Numbered from the stretch's first letter, positions 45,160 to 56,815 are shown. The stretch is 64,000 nucleotides of DNA from an uncultured Nitrososphaerales archaeon (GCA_963713605.1 CAVQMO010000001.1:672001-736000), one strand, 5' to 3'. Program-made: numbers and translations. The notes: generated by a model not told the origin, from the letters alone.

Positions 45160-46260
45160 TTACTTTATTACTGACACAAGTCCATCTGTACCTGTACGTG
45201 TGCCAGCTACGTAAACAGCCTTATTGGGTGGATTAAATTCTAAGGCGAGGGGAAGACTGTTGATATCTGTGGTAGAAGCCAATGTATTATTCTCACTGTT
45301 TAAAATAGATATAGAATTGGATACAACATTACCTACGTACACATCAGTATTGGACGGATTGAATAGCATAGCAACGGGCTCGGTACCAACTACGACGGTT
45401 TCGAGTAATGTGTTATTCGAGCCATCAATTACCGATACAGATCGTGAACCGCGATTGGCTACGTAGATATCATTGTTAGCAGGATTGAATTCTATAGTGG
45501 TAGGTTCGTTTTCAACTTGAACATTATTCGCTACCGTGTTATTCTTGGGATCTATGACAGAAACTGTTCCTGAATCCCTATTAGCAACATATAGGAAGTT
45601 GTTTGAGGGGTTATATTTTAAGGATATAGGCGAACCTCCGACTTCTATCTCTTTGATCAGCGTATTGTTATTGCCAGTATCAATGACTGAGACAGTGTTT
45701 GAGCCTTCATTTGCTACGTAGATATATTTATTGGAAGGATTAAACTCCAAGTCTACAGGATCTATACCAACTTCTATATCATTGATAACCTCATTAACAT
45801 TGCTATCAATTACAGAAATAGAGTTTGAAATCACATTGGCTACGTAAATATTTTTGTTGTCTGGGTTGAAGAGTAATTGTTCTGGGAAGCTACCGACGGT
45901 AACATTCTTAATCACTGTATCATTGTTAGTTTCAATTACAGACACAGTTTCTGAATCGCGGTTAGTCACATAGATGTCGTTATTGGATGGGTTGAAAACT
46001 AGTGCATGAGGAGATCCACCAACGGCAATGCTTTTAATCACTGTATCATTGTTAGTTTCAATTACAGACACAGTCCCTGAATCACGGTTAGCGACATAGA
46101 TGTTGTTATTGGATGGGTTGAAAACTAGTGCCTGTGGAAAACTACCTACCGGTATCACTGAGATTACCGAATTTCCGAAGGCATGGTTTATTCCAGGCGA
46201 TGAAATAACGATCATTAGCACTATAAAGAAGCAAAAGCATACGAAGAGAGATGATAACAT
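45160..46260 (-). CDS. Secreted YVTN/YncE-type beta-propeller protein
   Basis: Seven ~42-aa repeats VG..P..L.FNP.N..IYVAN..S..VSVI after a signal-like segment. Confidence 0.9.
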   Translation of the reverse strand: MLSSLFVCFCFFIVLMIVISSPGINHAFGNSVISVIPVGSFPQALVFNPSNNNIYVANRDSGTVSVIETNNDTVIKSIAVGGSPHALVFNPSNNDIYVTNRDSETVSVIETNNDTVIKNVTVGSFPEQLLFNPDNKNIYVANVISNSISVIDSNVNEVINDIEVGIDPVDLEFNPSNKYIYVANEGSNTVSVIDTGNNNTLIKEIEVGGSPISLKYNPSNNFLYVANRDSGTVSVIDPKNNTVANNVQVENEPTTIEFNPANNDIYVANRGSRSVSVIDGSNNTLLETVVVGTEPVAMLFNPSNTDVYVGNVVSNSISILNSENNTLASTTDINSLPLALEFNPPNKAVYVAGTRTGTDGLVSVIK

Positions 46261-47134
46261 GCTTTAAGTATCATAGTTAATTGTATTATATATAAGACTT
46301 CTATCATGGCATAAATGTTTAACAAGAAAACACACAAACTAGAAATGAGTTATATTTGTATTATTCTACAGATGAATTAGCCTATTTTCACCGTAGTAAG
46401 GCACAATGACTTGATGGAGGTGATAATAACATCATTAGTGTGGGTACAGAGACTAGAATCTTTAAATCTTTATTCTTGCACAAATAGAAATTTATTGGAA
46501 ATTGGTTTTGCTTTCGATTCTTGAGATATCCCCAAGAAGGGTACTGCTATCACTCATTCTTTGACTGTCATATTTACTATCACAAACATTAGCCTTGGCA
46601 GATGCATATTCCCAGTCAGAACGAACACAATGCCGGACAAGAGCGCTTATAGGGGATGGCGGCACTGTATTTGGACTTGCAAATAGTTGCACTAATGGGC
46701 ATACATGTGATATTGCCACGAACTACCTGCCGGGGAAGGAGTTTGAGGCTTGGCTAGTAGACGATTATTGCGAAGGTTCAGGTTATGCACTGCGTATGAA
46801 TAAGATCTTAGAATCTGGGACTCTGGGATTTCATGAGATAATGACTAGGGCCATGACTTAAACAGATATAGTAATAACTCAAAAACCGACTAATAATCTC
46901 AGTCGATTATTAGCATCTTGGTCAAATGCAGTTTATCAAACCTGGTTAATACCCCCTGATCCCATAAACCGAAGTTATCCACTTCTGATTCTCTTGATTT
47001 TCTATCTTTTAAAGTTCAAAGAATGAGTATCTACAGTTTAAGCTTTGGTTACGACTTACAGATGATCTATCTATACTTTTATCTACATTCTGCATGTAAT
47101 GAAGCTTAAATAAAAGCAAATGTGATTGTAAAAT

Positions 47135-47245
47135 ATGCGGAGAAGCAATAAAGGCTCGAACTTGCTCATAATTTTAGGAATCGTTGGTGTGATAGTAGCC
47201 TTTAGCGTGGGAATCCTCATATGGCGTGGGATCTTGAGATGGTAA
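47135..47245 (+). CDS. 36-aa single-TM microprotein
   Basis: MRRSNKGSNLLIILGIVGVIVAFSVGILIWRGILRW*; TATA-like ttaaata about 28 nt upstream. Confidence 0.45.
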   Translation: MRRSNKGSNLLIILGIVGVIVAFSVGILIWRGILRW

Positions 47246-47267
47246 CTTAACGGACTAACCTCGTAAC

Positions 47268-47441
47268 AGGTCCGATCAGCAGAAACTTTACATCTGCTGA
47301 TTTCACCGGAAGGTTGAACATAGATCAGATGTCTGACCTACTAAATTGATTCTAGGTGGAAATGCATATATTCGAGTCCAGACATTCGACGCACTATTAG
47401 GAAAAATCGTGGGGAAGATAACGCCAAATCTTCCTTCGTAA
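47268..47441 (+). pseudogene. Degenerate duplicate of the 3' end of the CHRD gene at 47968-48718
   Basis: Nucleotide match to about 48530-48720 (aactttacatctgctgatttcac...ccaaatcttcct). Confidence 0.8.
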
Positions 47442-47749
47442 CCTTTTTTATGGATCTCAAATCAATTTCCGTGAAGGCTTGAGCAATAATCCTGTATCTT
47501 AGGGGAGTATTGATTATGAGAAATTGCTAATTTTTTATTAGCAGTATTATTCAGTACTTAGAATAACTAAAAGCATTAGTGAACAAGCGATCTTCTATAT
47601 GTTATTATTTTTTAGGGAAGTCAAGAGTAAAACTGTGAATAAAGGTCACAGAGAAATTCCCACCAGTACCACCAGCACTATTATTATCATTAATCGTTGC
47701 ATGTCAGTTCCTTAGTGTAGTCCAACCAACTAGAGACTTACCCCCCCTT

Positions 47750-47875
47750 ACAAACCCATCGAAATTAGAATCAAGAACATATGTTATTGCCCAATCATGT
47801 TTAGACCTTATCGATCTGCCACATGCCTGTACCAATCTCAGTGCTATTTGCCAGATGTACCACTTTTCACCTTCC
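47750..47875 (-). pseudogene. DinG/XPD-like SF2 helicase C-terminal fragment
   Basis: WYIWQIALRLVQACGRSIRSKHDWAITYVLDSNF (motif VI QxxGRxxR). Confidence 0.7.
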
Positions 47876-47967
47876 ATCCTGAAGCATGAACAATTCCTCA
47901 TCGAGGACTAACGCTGCCTCAAGTTGTAGAAATAAAATTACATTATATTTCCTAGACTTCTCATCCA

Positions 47968-48718
47968 ATGGCAGAAAACCTTAATAGCAAATCTAAGTTT
48001 CTTATATCGATGGATAAACTAAACCGTGTAGCAGTAGTCTATGTTGTCGCAGCTCTTTTCATTGCAAGTATTGCGGCATTGACTCCTGTAGCAAGTGTTG
48101 TAGCCCAGAACAATACCACAGGTACTAATGCCACAACAGCAGGAGTCCAGAGCAATACCACAGGTACTAATGCCACAACAGCAGGAGCCCAGAGCAATAC
48201 CACAGGTACTAATGCCACAACAGCAGGAGCCCAGAGCAATACCACAGGGTACTAATGCCACAACAGCAGGAGTTGGGAATACTACACAAGCGCAAGGATC
48301 TACTCCACAGTTTTCTGCAAACCTCACCGGAGAATTAAACATCCCGCCAACTGTCACGAATGCGACTGGAACTGGTGAGTTTACAGTTGTAGGAGATGGA
48401 AATACCATGCAATATACTATCGATGCAAACAATATCGATAAGGTTACAGATGTATTTGTATCGGCATCCAGTGGTGGACGATACGCTGACTTGGTTCAAC
48501 TCAGAAGCGGAGTCAATGAAGGCCCATCTGGTCCGATCAGTGGGACACTGGTTGAAGGTAACTTTACATCTGCTGATTTCACTGGAAGATTGAATATAGA
48601 TCAGATGTCTGACTTACTGAAACTAATTCTAGATGGAAATGCATATATTCGAATCCTGACATTTGACGCACCATTAGGAGAAATCGTGGGGAAGATATCA
48701 CCAAATCTTCCTCAATAG
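47968..48718 (+). pseudogene. Secreted CHRD-domain protein with Thr/Asn-rich repeat linker; +1 frameshift inside the repeat
   Basis: The signal peptide and NTTGTNATTAG(A/V)QS repeats are in one frame, and FSANLTGE...GNAYIRILT...GEIVGKI is in the next. Confidence 0.8.
48111..48271 (+). repeat. 42-bp tandem repeat, about 3.8 copies
   Basis: Unit caataccacaggtactaatgccacaacagcaggag(t/c)ccagag. The fourth copy carries an extra G. Confidence 0.95.
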
Positions 48719-49019
48719 CCCATTTTTTATGGGTTTGCGTTAAGAATTTTATGACAAAATCATAGACTCCTTGTTCGTTATTTTGTAGGATCAGGTATGA
48801 TATTTCGAAAGATATTTGCTCAAATCGATTTCCGAAGACTTGAGGTTCTTGCACGCCGTGGTGTGGCTCACGGTCATAAACTGACCTGAATGCCTCCTAA
48901 GAGCTTAGATAGAGCCAGATGAGGATACGATAATAACTAAATTAATATATGATTAATATATGATTCAGTTCAAACAAAGCAATTCATGCAATAGTATTTG
49001 ACTGGTCCATAACCACCTT

Positions 49020-49296
49020 CTTCAATAGGTGATATTTTGGAAGATGAAATTGATCTGAAGAAGTCCTTGATATCTCTAAAATCAGTAATGCTACCTATAC
49101 TATTCCTCTTAGGATCAACATCTGATTTTCTAAAGAGCTGGTTACTTCTGTACCAGTAAGTACCAAGAATGCGAACAATGCAACAATAAAATCAAGGGGA
49201 AAAAGGCAAGAACAACATGATAACAACGGTCACAGCCATGTAAATCGCCGCCCATTTAAGTTAATATATGGCAAGCTGTTTTTTATTATCTTCCAT
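49020..49296 (-). pseudogene. Third, truncated copy of the 2-TM/zinc-ribbon gene family
   Basis: MEDNKKQLAIY*LKWAAIYMAVTVVIMLFLPF.P.DF...LGTYWYR matches 43895-44266. Confidence 0.65.
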
Positions 49297-49822
49297 CTGT
49301 TCCTATTATTATCATTATCCTGATCATGAATTTAGCATTATGCTTGTAAAATATTTCCACCATTAATTCAACTAAATTCTACGTCTCTAAGATCCACAGT
49401 ATTGCTATATCCGCTCTCTTTCAAATGATTAACTGAACCGGAGAGAGACAGAACATGTCATTTGTGACTTGTCTGATTGTGGATGTATCTATCAACAGCG
49501 TAAAAAAACTAAATAGCCACTACAATTTGTAATTCATGCCTTAATAAATGTATATGAATTCTTTAGGCTATTTTCGTCCGACATACTAAATGGCCCAGGA
49601 AAGTGCATTTTTTACCTTAGTTAACTGATATTTTTTAACTGAATATTTTCAAAATCAGCAGTGTGCGATCCTTAATGTAAATAATTAAGACTTAATAGCC
49701 TCTTCAGATTCCCCCCATCGCTGTGAGATATGCCCAGTACATTTTACACCAGTCCTGAATAAGCGAATATATTGAGATTCGCTATTTTAAACTCAGCGAA
49801 GAATAATTCGATACGACTAACA

Positions 49823-50479
49823 TTAGTCATTTAGTAGATATTTAGCTGCTATGCTAAAGGGGACATGAAATGTAAACTTGTCTGTCTTTGGATCATAAAT
49901 TGTATAGATAGACGACAAATCTACGTTGTTGAAATTCTTATTGATTATTCCATTACTAACATTTACATCTCTAGCTAGCATAACTGGGAAGTCGATTCTT
50001 GTATTATTGATTTGATCAGTATCATCAGTTATCTGCTTTGCGCTCGCATTCACCTCAATATCTGTAGCTGAGATGTTAAAACCCAATAGACTATACTTAA
50101 GAGTAGGCATTGTGAATTTTAATGGCCCCCCCGAGTCACTCACAATTTCACGCTTAAGGGTTTCATTTGGAAAGATCTGGTCTGCATCGATTTCTACTGT
50201 ATGTTCAAATAGGTTTGCAATGCTAAATGAATTACCTTCAAAAATATCAAATACATTGTCAAACATGACTGGAGTAAATATACCAATACCATTATCAAAT
50301 TCAAATATAATTAATTCATGCCGTGTGTCCGCAAGTAGCCATTGAATATTACAACTACCAAGTACCAGAAGTGACAAAGACAATGACAAAACAGAAAAGA
50401 CCTTCATCAATTCATAGACTTTTTGCATAGGTACTTCCCCAAGTAGTACGAATATCTTTAGCGAGCCTTTCATCTCCAT
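49823..50479 (-). CDS. Hypothetical secreted protein
   Basis: 218-aa ORF with a hydrophobic N-terminal segment and several N-x-S/T sequons. Confidence 0.55.
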   Translation of the reverse strand: MEMKGSLKIFVLLGEVPMQKVYELMKVFSVLSLSLSLLVLGSCNIQWLLADTRHELIIFEFDNGIGIFTPVMFDNVFDIFEGNSFSIANLFEHTVEIDADQIFPNETLKREIVSDSGGPLKFTMPTLKYSLLGFNISATDIEVNASAKQITDDTDQINNTRIDFPVMLARDVNVSNGIINKNFNNVDLSSIYTIYDPKTDKFTFHVPFSIAAKYLLND

Positions 50480-50910
50480 CAGTTGTTCAAGCTCCCGCTA
50501 CTATCAAAGCAGTAGACATAGATCCGATCTACTCCTGGGTCTTTCACAAGTCATTCCAAGAACTAAAATAGCAAGGACTTAGATAAGGATTTAGAGGAAA
50601 TATGACTGACCCAAAGGAGATCGCAAACTCTTTCAGAACTTTTTGATGGAAGAGTTCACAATTTTAATCAAGACCAGCTACCAGTCTGAGGTTCGATATA
50701 TACATCGTGACTAGGTGAATTGAGATATCAAGTGCGCAGCATAAATAGCCATCGTATAAATTGCATTAAAAAAGGCAAGGAATAAACATATTTTACAGCA
50801 TTACCCGTCTTTAGTATACCCCTCTATTGGTTTCTCTTCATGTAATTGCCGCCCACTAACATTATTCACGGTTCTATAAGCAAAATATTTATTGAATACC
50901 GTGAAGGTGC

Positions 50911-51493
50911 TTGTTAATGAATAGTACTAGACTTAATGGTGTAGACACCAATCAATTTGGAAGTTTAATAAATACTCTAACTGAGAAACCTGATGTTTCA
51001 AAGGTAACGTTCTCTGTAAAGACAGAATGGAATAGCAAAGAAGAAGATGGAGGTGGATTTTGTATTAGATCATCAATCAATGACTTTCAAATTGGTGACC
51101 AATCTATTCCAAGAGATAGAACATATACAATGGTTTTTGACTTTCCACCACAGTTCTCAGGAGAAGGCAAAGGTCCTACAGTATGTGAAGCTTGTATGTC
51201 TAGCTTGGGTGCATGTATAACACAGACAATTGTTGTACATGCGACGGCAAGGGGGATAAATTTGGATAGTATAACCATAAACCTTGAAGGTAATGTTGAT
51301 CTTCGAGGTTTTACAGGCATTTCAGGTGAAGTAAGGCCAGGAGCGCAGGGATTTAAGGCGGACATTAAAATTAAGAGGTACTACCGCCTCTAAGGACCAG
51401 ATAAACGAATTGTATGAAATCGGAAAGAAGTTGTCCCCAGCATTTGACACTTTGACAAATGGCACCTCAGTAATTGCTGTCAACTCTTCCTAA
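50911..51493 (+). pseudogene. OsmC-family protein, frameshift near 51378
   Basis: LNGVD...GEGKGPTVCEACMSSLGACI...A..RGI.L...EGNVDLRGF, continuing in another frame as LYEIGKKLSPAFDTLTNG. Confidence 0.8.
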
Positions 51494-51723
51494 TGCATTA
51501 GGATAAGGTGGCTCGCGTTAACTGTTTCCGCATTTTTACTTAGACATGCTAAAAAGGCAGATGCAAGAAAATAAGATGTTAGATTTACCTAATCTTGAAT
51601 TCTTGATGTCTGTACCAAAACATCTAATATGAAAATCTGGACCGGAAATCACAGTTGATATCCACCTTTTGTTAAAGTAATATACGCAAGACCTGGACTT
51701 AACACAAACCTAAAAAAGAAGAT

Positions 51724-53069
51724 TTGGCATTATATGTTATGCCGAGGCTGGAAGTTATATCCGTTTTTGTCCTGTCGATTATCATATTATTTGTAATCTG
51801 TGTTAAGAATGTGAGTGGAACACAAGATGACAGCGAGATTACACTTACGATACTATTCAATGAAATAGTTACAAGCCCTAACGCAGGAAAACATCTGATA
51901 GATAATGCCATTAAGGTTTTAGAGAATGAAACTGATGCTGCAATAAAAGTGAATTATGTTGAATTTCAGTCCGATAACTCAACCAGAGATGAAATAATTC
52001 GTTTGCTTTCTAATCAGACTCCGATTGACATAATCACAGTAGATCAAATATGGTTGGGTGAGCTTGCGCAAAAGGGACTCCTCACAGATCTCACAAATTA
52101 CACTACACAACGGTGGAATAGAGACGGAAATGAGGAGTGGTACTTCGGAAATTGGGAAGGTGGAAAGTCACAAGGAAGAATTTACGGTGTATGGGCTTGG
52201 ACCGACGTGAGAGGGATATGGTATTGGAAAGATATGCTAGACGAAGCCGGTGTGGTTCCAGAATCATTGAAGACATGGAATGGGTATATTACTGCTGCAA
52301 AGAAGTTAAATTCAGGTACTAAATGCTAGAGGAATACAGGGGGTACACCTTACCGGTGCAAATCATTCCCCAGACTTGTTTTATCCTTATCTCTGGATGC
52401 TGGGGGGAGACATTCTCCAACAAAGAGAAGGACATCCCACAAGAGGGAATTATTGGTTTCCTGCTTTCAATAGCTCTGCAGGGTTGAAGGCACTTTCCTT
52501 TATACAAGAATCAAGTGGATGCAGGAATAAATCCCCAGAAGGAGCATCATTGGGGTGAAGAATTTATCAATAGAGATTTTGCAGTTATGATAGAAGGATC
52601 TTGGATGCCAACAAGATATGTACCGTTACAAGATTTTGAGAAGAAAATTGGATTTCTTCCTATGTTTCCAGTTCCGAGTAAAGATATTCAAACATCTACT
52701 TTAATGGGAGGGTGGGAATTTAGCATTCCCATTACTTCTACCCACAAGGACCTGGCATGGAAACTATTAACTCTAATGGTTGAACCAAATATACTTGCTC
52801 CATGGCTGGTGGAACATAGGCTTCTGCCGACCCAAGTAGCGATAGGAGAGGGGGAATCCCGCATTGCAGCATCAACCTCATTTCCTTATTATGATGAAAT
52901 GATCTCCGTTATTCCATTTGCAGGGTTTAGACCAAACATTCCGGAATATCCACAAATTGCCCATTATATTAAAGAAGCATTAGACGCAGTTTATTACGAC
53001 ACGAAGGATCCAAGGGCTGCATTGGATGACGCAGCTACAAAATCTGCGATTGTACTTGGATGGCAATGA
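51724..53069 (+). pseudogene. Sugar-type ABC extracellular solute-binding protein (family 1), two frameshifts
   Basis: DIITVDQIWLGELAQKGLLTDLT, LKTWNGY, YPYLWMLGG, AVMIEGSW, LMGGWEFSI, across three frames. Confidence 0.8.
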
Positions 53070-53680
53070 TAGTATAAGAATAGTAAATTCCTTTGTTTAT
53101 GAGATTCAAGGAAGCGAATTGAAGTTAACATGCTAACTTAAACAGCGACGTTCAAAAACTATACCAATTGCGAAGTATGTTCACTAAGGCCTTATGAATA
53201 TCTTGTAACGCTGCCATCTATAAATATCTTGTAACGGCCTTCGAATCTGATCTCATGCTCCTCTAGCAACTTAAATCATGGTATCTAACTATCTGATTAA
53301 AATCTGGCCTCAGATACTCCTCCGAATAAGGCACATTAATGATTCCATCGAGCAACTCTGGTGCGGACACCTACAAGTCAAGGTATAGACCCACAGACTT
53401 CTGCCTGTCGGAGTCTGCAACAAAGAAGCTGTGCAGCTTCTTCCCTTTATCTATCGCAGCCTCCATGTCATTTGTATGGAAGGTATTTCCTTCCAGATTA
53501 TTCAATGTTACTCGTAATTTGGAACGGTTTTTATCATCTTTGTCTTTATTCATCAAATATAAGCAGGTAATATGATTTTGAAGCCATCTTTCTTACAATG
53601 AGGAACAATTTTCTGAAGGATTTATGATTCCTGCTTCAGATTAAAGCCTATTATACTATAGGCGCATATATATATGTATA

Positions 53681-54595
53681 ATGTTAGCAAATGAGTTAGT
53701 ATGTAAAACATGTTATAAATCCGCTGATGCAATCATAGATACAGAGTCTGGCGAAACAATTTGCACTAATTGTGGTATCGTTATGAGTATTGATAAGTCA
53801 TTACAACATACTTCAGATGGACATGCATTTGATGCAAATCTAATGAGAGACAGAAGTAGAGTAGGAATGCCTATGACATTAACACGGCACGATAAGGGGC
53901 TTTCAACAGTAATTGGAATTCCAGATAAAGATGCTGGCGGAAACGGACTCGATAGTTCAACCCGTTCTATGATGCAAAGATTAAGAATGTGGGACTATAG
54001 AATTCAAGTCAGCACACCCACAGATAGAAATCTTAAAAATGCATTCCAGAAACTTGATATTCTAAAAGGGAAACTGGGATTGCCCGAAAATGTAATAGAA
54101 AAGGCAGCATATATCTATAGAAAGGTACAGCAACAAGGAATGGTTAAAGGAAGAAGAATAGTTGCTACATTAGCCGCGACAGTCTACATTGCATGTAGAG
54201 AGGCTGAAGTCCCTAGAACATTGGCAGAGATAGCATCCCTATGCAATATATCACATAAGGAACTCTCAAGGATATATAGACGGATAGTCTTGAACCTAGA
54301 CTTGAAGGTCCCAATGATAGATCCGGTAAAGTGCATTTCAAAGATTGCAAATAAATTGGAGTTAAGTGAGAAAACAAAAAGACATGCTATAAGGTACATG
54401 CACAATGTGAAAGCAAGCGGAATTGCAGTAGGAAAAGACCCCATGGGATTAGCAGGAGCAGTTCTCTACTTATCATGCCTACATTGTGATGAGCATAGGA
54501 TTCAGGAAGACGTTGCAGCTTCTTCTGGAGTAACAGTAGTAACTCTAAGAAATAGATGCAAAGAACTTAACACAAAGATCCCTCGACTTAATTAG
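53681..54595 (+). CDS. tfb: Archaeal transcription initiation factor IIB
   Basis: Zinc ribbon CKTC...CTNCG, RVGMP...HDKGLST, two cyclin repeats (YIACR...PRTL.EIA; GKDPMGLAGAVLY; VTVVTLRNR). Confidence 0.95.
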   Translation: MLANELVCKTCYKSADAIIDTESGETICTNCGIVMSIDKSLQHTSDGHAFDANLMRDRSRVGMPMTLTRHDKGLSTVIGIPDKDAGGNGLDSSTRSMMQRLRMWDYRIQVSTPTDRNLKNAFQKLDILKGKLGLPENVIEKAAYIYRKVQQQGMVKGRRIVATLAATVYIACREAEVPRTLAEIASLCNISHKELSRIYRRIVLNLDLKVPMIDPVKCISKIANKLELSEKTKRHAIRYMHNVKASGIAVGKDPMGLAGAVLYLSCLHCDEHRIQEDVAASSGVTVVTLRNRCKELNTKIPRLN

Positions 54596-54748
54596 TACAA
54601 ACAACGCGGGGGGAATATGTATACCTTGCTGCTACAATTAGTATGTTTAACCTAATGAAAACTTATAAGAATCCTATTTTAGGATCAATATTACTACGAG
54701 AAAAAAAATGATTGTAGTCAGTAACCATTAGGGTGTTTGTTCGTTTGC

Positions 54749-55225
54749 CTAGTCAGTTGCTAGCCTAGCAGCATGGATTTTTAAAAGCCTTTTAAGGGCA
54801 TCAACGACGATCAGAGCGGCGAAAGTTTCTTTCAAATCCATTCGATGTCCTCTCTCAATAATAGCAGCTAATACTGGATGTTTAGGCTTTAACTCATTAA
54901 CCACCTGCTCTGCCATTTCATCAGTAAGAGCTTTTCCTCGTGCTTCTCGCATGGCATGAACCTTTAGTAAGACTTCCAAAGCATCAACCACGAGAATAGT
55001 ATTGACTGTCTTCTTTAGATCCATTTCATGTATTGTCTCTGCTACTTGGGCAAGTTCTGGGTGGATAGGCTTTAACTCTTTGATTTTTTCTTGTACCATT
55101 TCATTGTATACCATACCTAAAATGGTTTGCTCAGAAATCTGGTAGAAAATAGTGTTGATTGTTGATATTGATTGTTGAATGTTGTTGTGTGCCATTACGA
55201 TCTTTCTTAGTTCCTTGAACGTCAA
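54749..55225 (-). CDS. Hypothetical helical two-repeat protein; paralog of 26308-26697
   Basis: LKPIHPELAQVAETIHEMDLKK and LKPKHPVLAAIIERGHRMDLKE. The true start is probably downstream of 55225. Confidence 0.7.
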   Translation of the reverse strand: MTFKELRKIVMAHNNIQQSISTINTIFYQISEQTILGMVYNEMVQEKIKELKPIHPELAQVAETIHEMDLKKTVNTILVVDALEVLLKVHAMREARGKALTDEMAEQVVNELKPKHPVLAAIIERGHRMDLKETFAALIVVDALKRLLKIHAARLATD

Positions 55226-56018
55226 AATCTTTCATTGAAAGTAAGTCTGTCGTTAGAATTAGCTTTTTCCATTGTATTAACTGCTAAAGTGCATGAAATA
55301 TCCTTAATACTGCCATTGAGGAGTTCAACTGGCAATCGGTATGACATGTGTGACAGTATGACAGGTGCTTCTTGTGAATAGAGAAGTTAGAATAGTTTCA
55401 ATCGAATGGTGTCTCGATATCTCGTTTTGAGATAGATACTCCTGAAAACAAACCAGCGCATTAAGGTACGATTTTTCTGATGAAGAGCTATTCATACAGA
55501 TACTATCCAAGAAGATCCTGATCTTGGATGATTGCCAACAAAGCTGTTTACGCAGCTGGCACGCTTACAGGGGCGTTGATGGACTCATTAATAATAGAGC
55601 AATTTTTGAAAAAATTCGAACAAGTCGATGGTGGAAGAATTATTCTGAGTGTAATTCAACGCGACTTCTCGCTGCCAGCCCTTCGGTGTCCATGGGGAGT
55701 GTAGCACAAAGCAATAATTTGCTGTTATCTTTAAGTATAATGTAACATTTAGGATTTAATTAACAATCCACCGACCTAATAAATAATAGAATATACCTGA
55801 TGGTAGATCGGGACGTACGAGGCTTTCACTCCCTAAACTGCTACCTATATCTACTTTGAACCTCTTTTATACAATATTGTATTATTCATAACAGAACCTA
55901 AATCTTAAGTTCTGGCGGCCTATTCTAGTCCTCGCTTTCTAGATCGCCAACCTTGTATTACCATATTTCAATAATATGTTAATAAGGTAGGTTGTCGTTA
56001 AGGTATTAGAAAAGAAAT

Positions 56019-56195
56019 ATGGGTAAGTGGAAATGCCTGTGGTGTTCTAAGGTGTTAGAGGGGGAGTCATTTATGGATCTAATTGCGGCGAGTATAAAGG
56101 AGGGGGGTGGACAGCATGTGCAGCATGTGCATGCATGGGAAAATGTAACCTTAGCAAGGGAAGAGATTGCATTGGCAAATAAAATGCTGGCCTAA
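56019..56195 (+). CDS. 58-aa microprotein with CxxC...HxH motif
   Basis: Hand translation MGKWKCLWCSKVLEGESFMDLIAASIKEGGGQHVQHVHAWENVTLAREEIALANKMLA*. Confidence 0.5.
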   Translation: MGKWKCLWCSKVLEGESFMDLIAASIKEGGGQHVQHVHAWENVTLAREEIALANKMLA

Positions 56196-56289
56196 TTCCT
56201 TTTTGTTTTAAGTATCGTATCGATAATAGGCTAATTTTCTATGATTCTTTGGAGAAAGTATATTAACTCGCTATATTGCCTAAAAGATT

Positions 56290-56583
56290 ATGAGAGGGAG
56301 ATGGGCTTAAGCAGCATTAGGAGCAGGAATGGCCAGAAGGCAGGCTGGATACGAGATGGACCGACAAGCACAAGCGTACGAAGCTCAACAACGACAAGCG
56401 CAAAGACAAATAGAAGAACAGCAGAGGCAAATAGAAGCACTGAAACAACAAAAGCAAAATCCCCAACCTTCGCAGGAAGACCTCGCTCACAAGTTGAAAA
56501 AATATGCTGATCTTAAACAACAAGGAGTGTTGACGGAAGAAGAATTTCTGAAACTCAAGGCGAACTTGTTATCAAAGATATAA
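56290..56583 (+). pseudogene. Gln-rich SHOCT-domain protein with damaged 5' end; paralog of 62434-62736
   Basis: LKKYADLKQQGVLTEEEFLKLKANLL; near-identical Gln-rich DNA to the second copy. Confidence 0.75.
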
Positions 56584-56772
56584 ACTATAAGTTGCAACTA
56601 GACGAACGGATAATCTTATAGAAATAATTTAAGATCCGTAGCGAAATTAGTCGAGTCGATTCTGAAATGTCAATTCCAATATAAATGGAACTCCAACTTG
56701 GAACGCCTAATCATTGGGCCAATACAGACATGTCACATATAGTCCATACTTCAGTACATTGTACTCTATCAT

Positions 56773-56815
56773 AAATAAATAGAAATCCTAAATATTATTG
56801 AGTTATTAATTATCC
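56773..56815 (+). repeat. 43-bp perfect direct repeat, copy 2
   Basis: Identical to 22022-22064. Overlaps the stop codon of 56810-57154. Confidence 0.9.

Noticed and set aside
48111..48271. Possible CRISPR array
   Set aside because: Units are contiguous with no unique spacers, their length is a multiple of 3, they lie in a coding region, and no cas genes are present.
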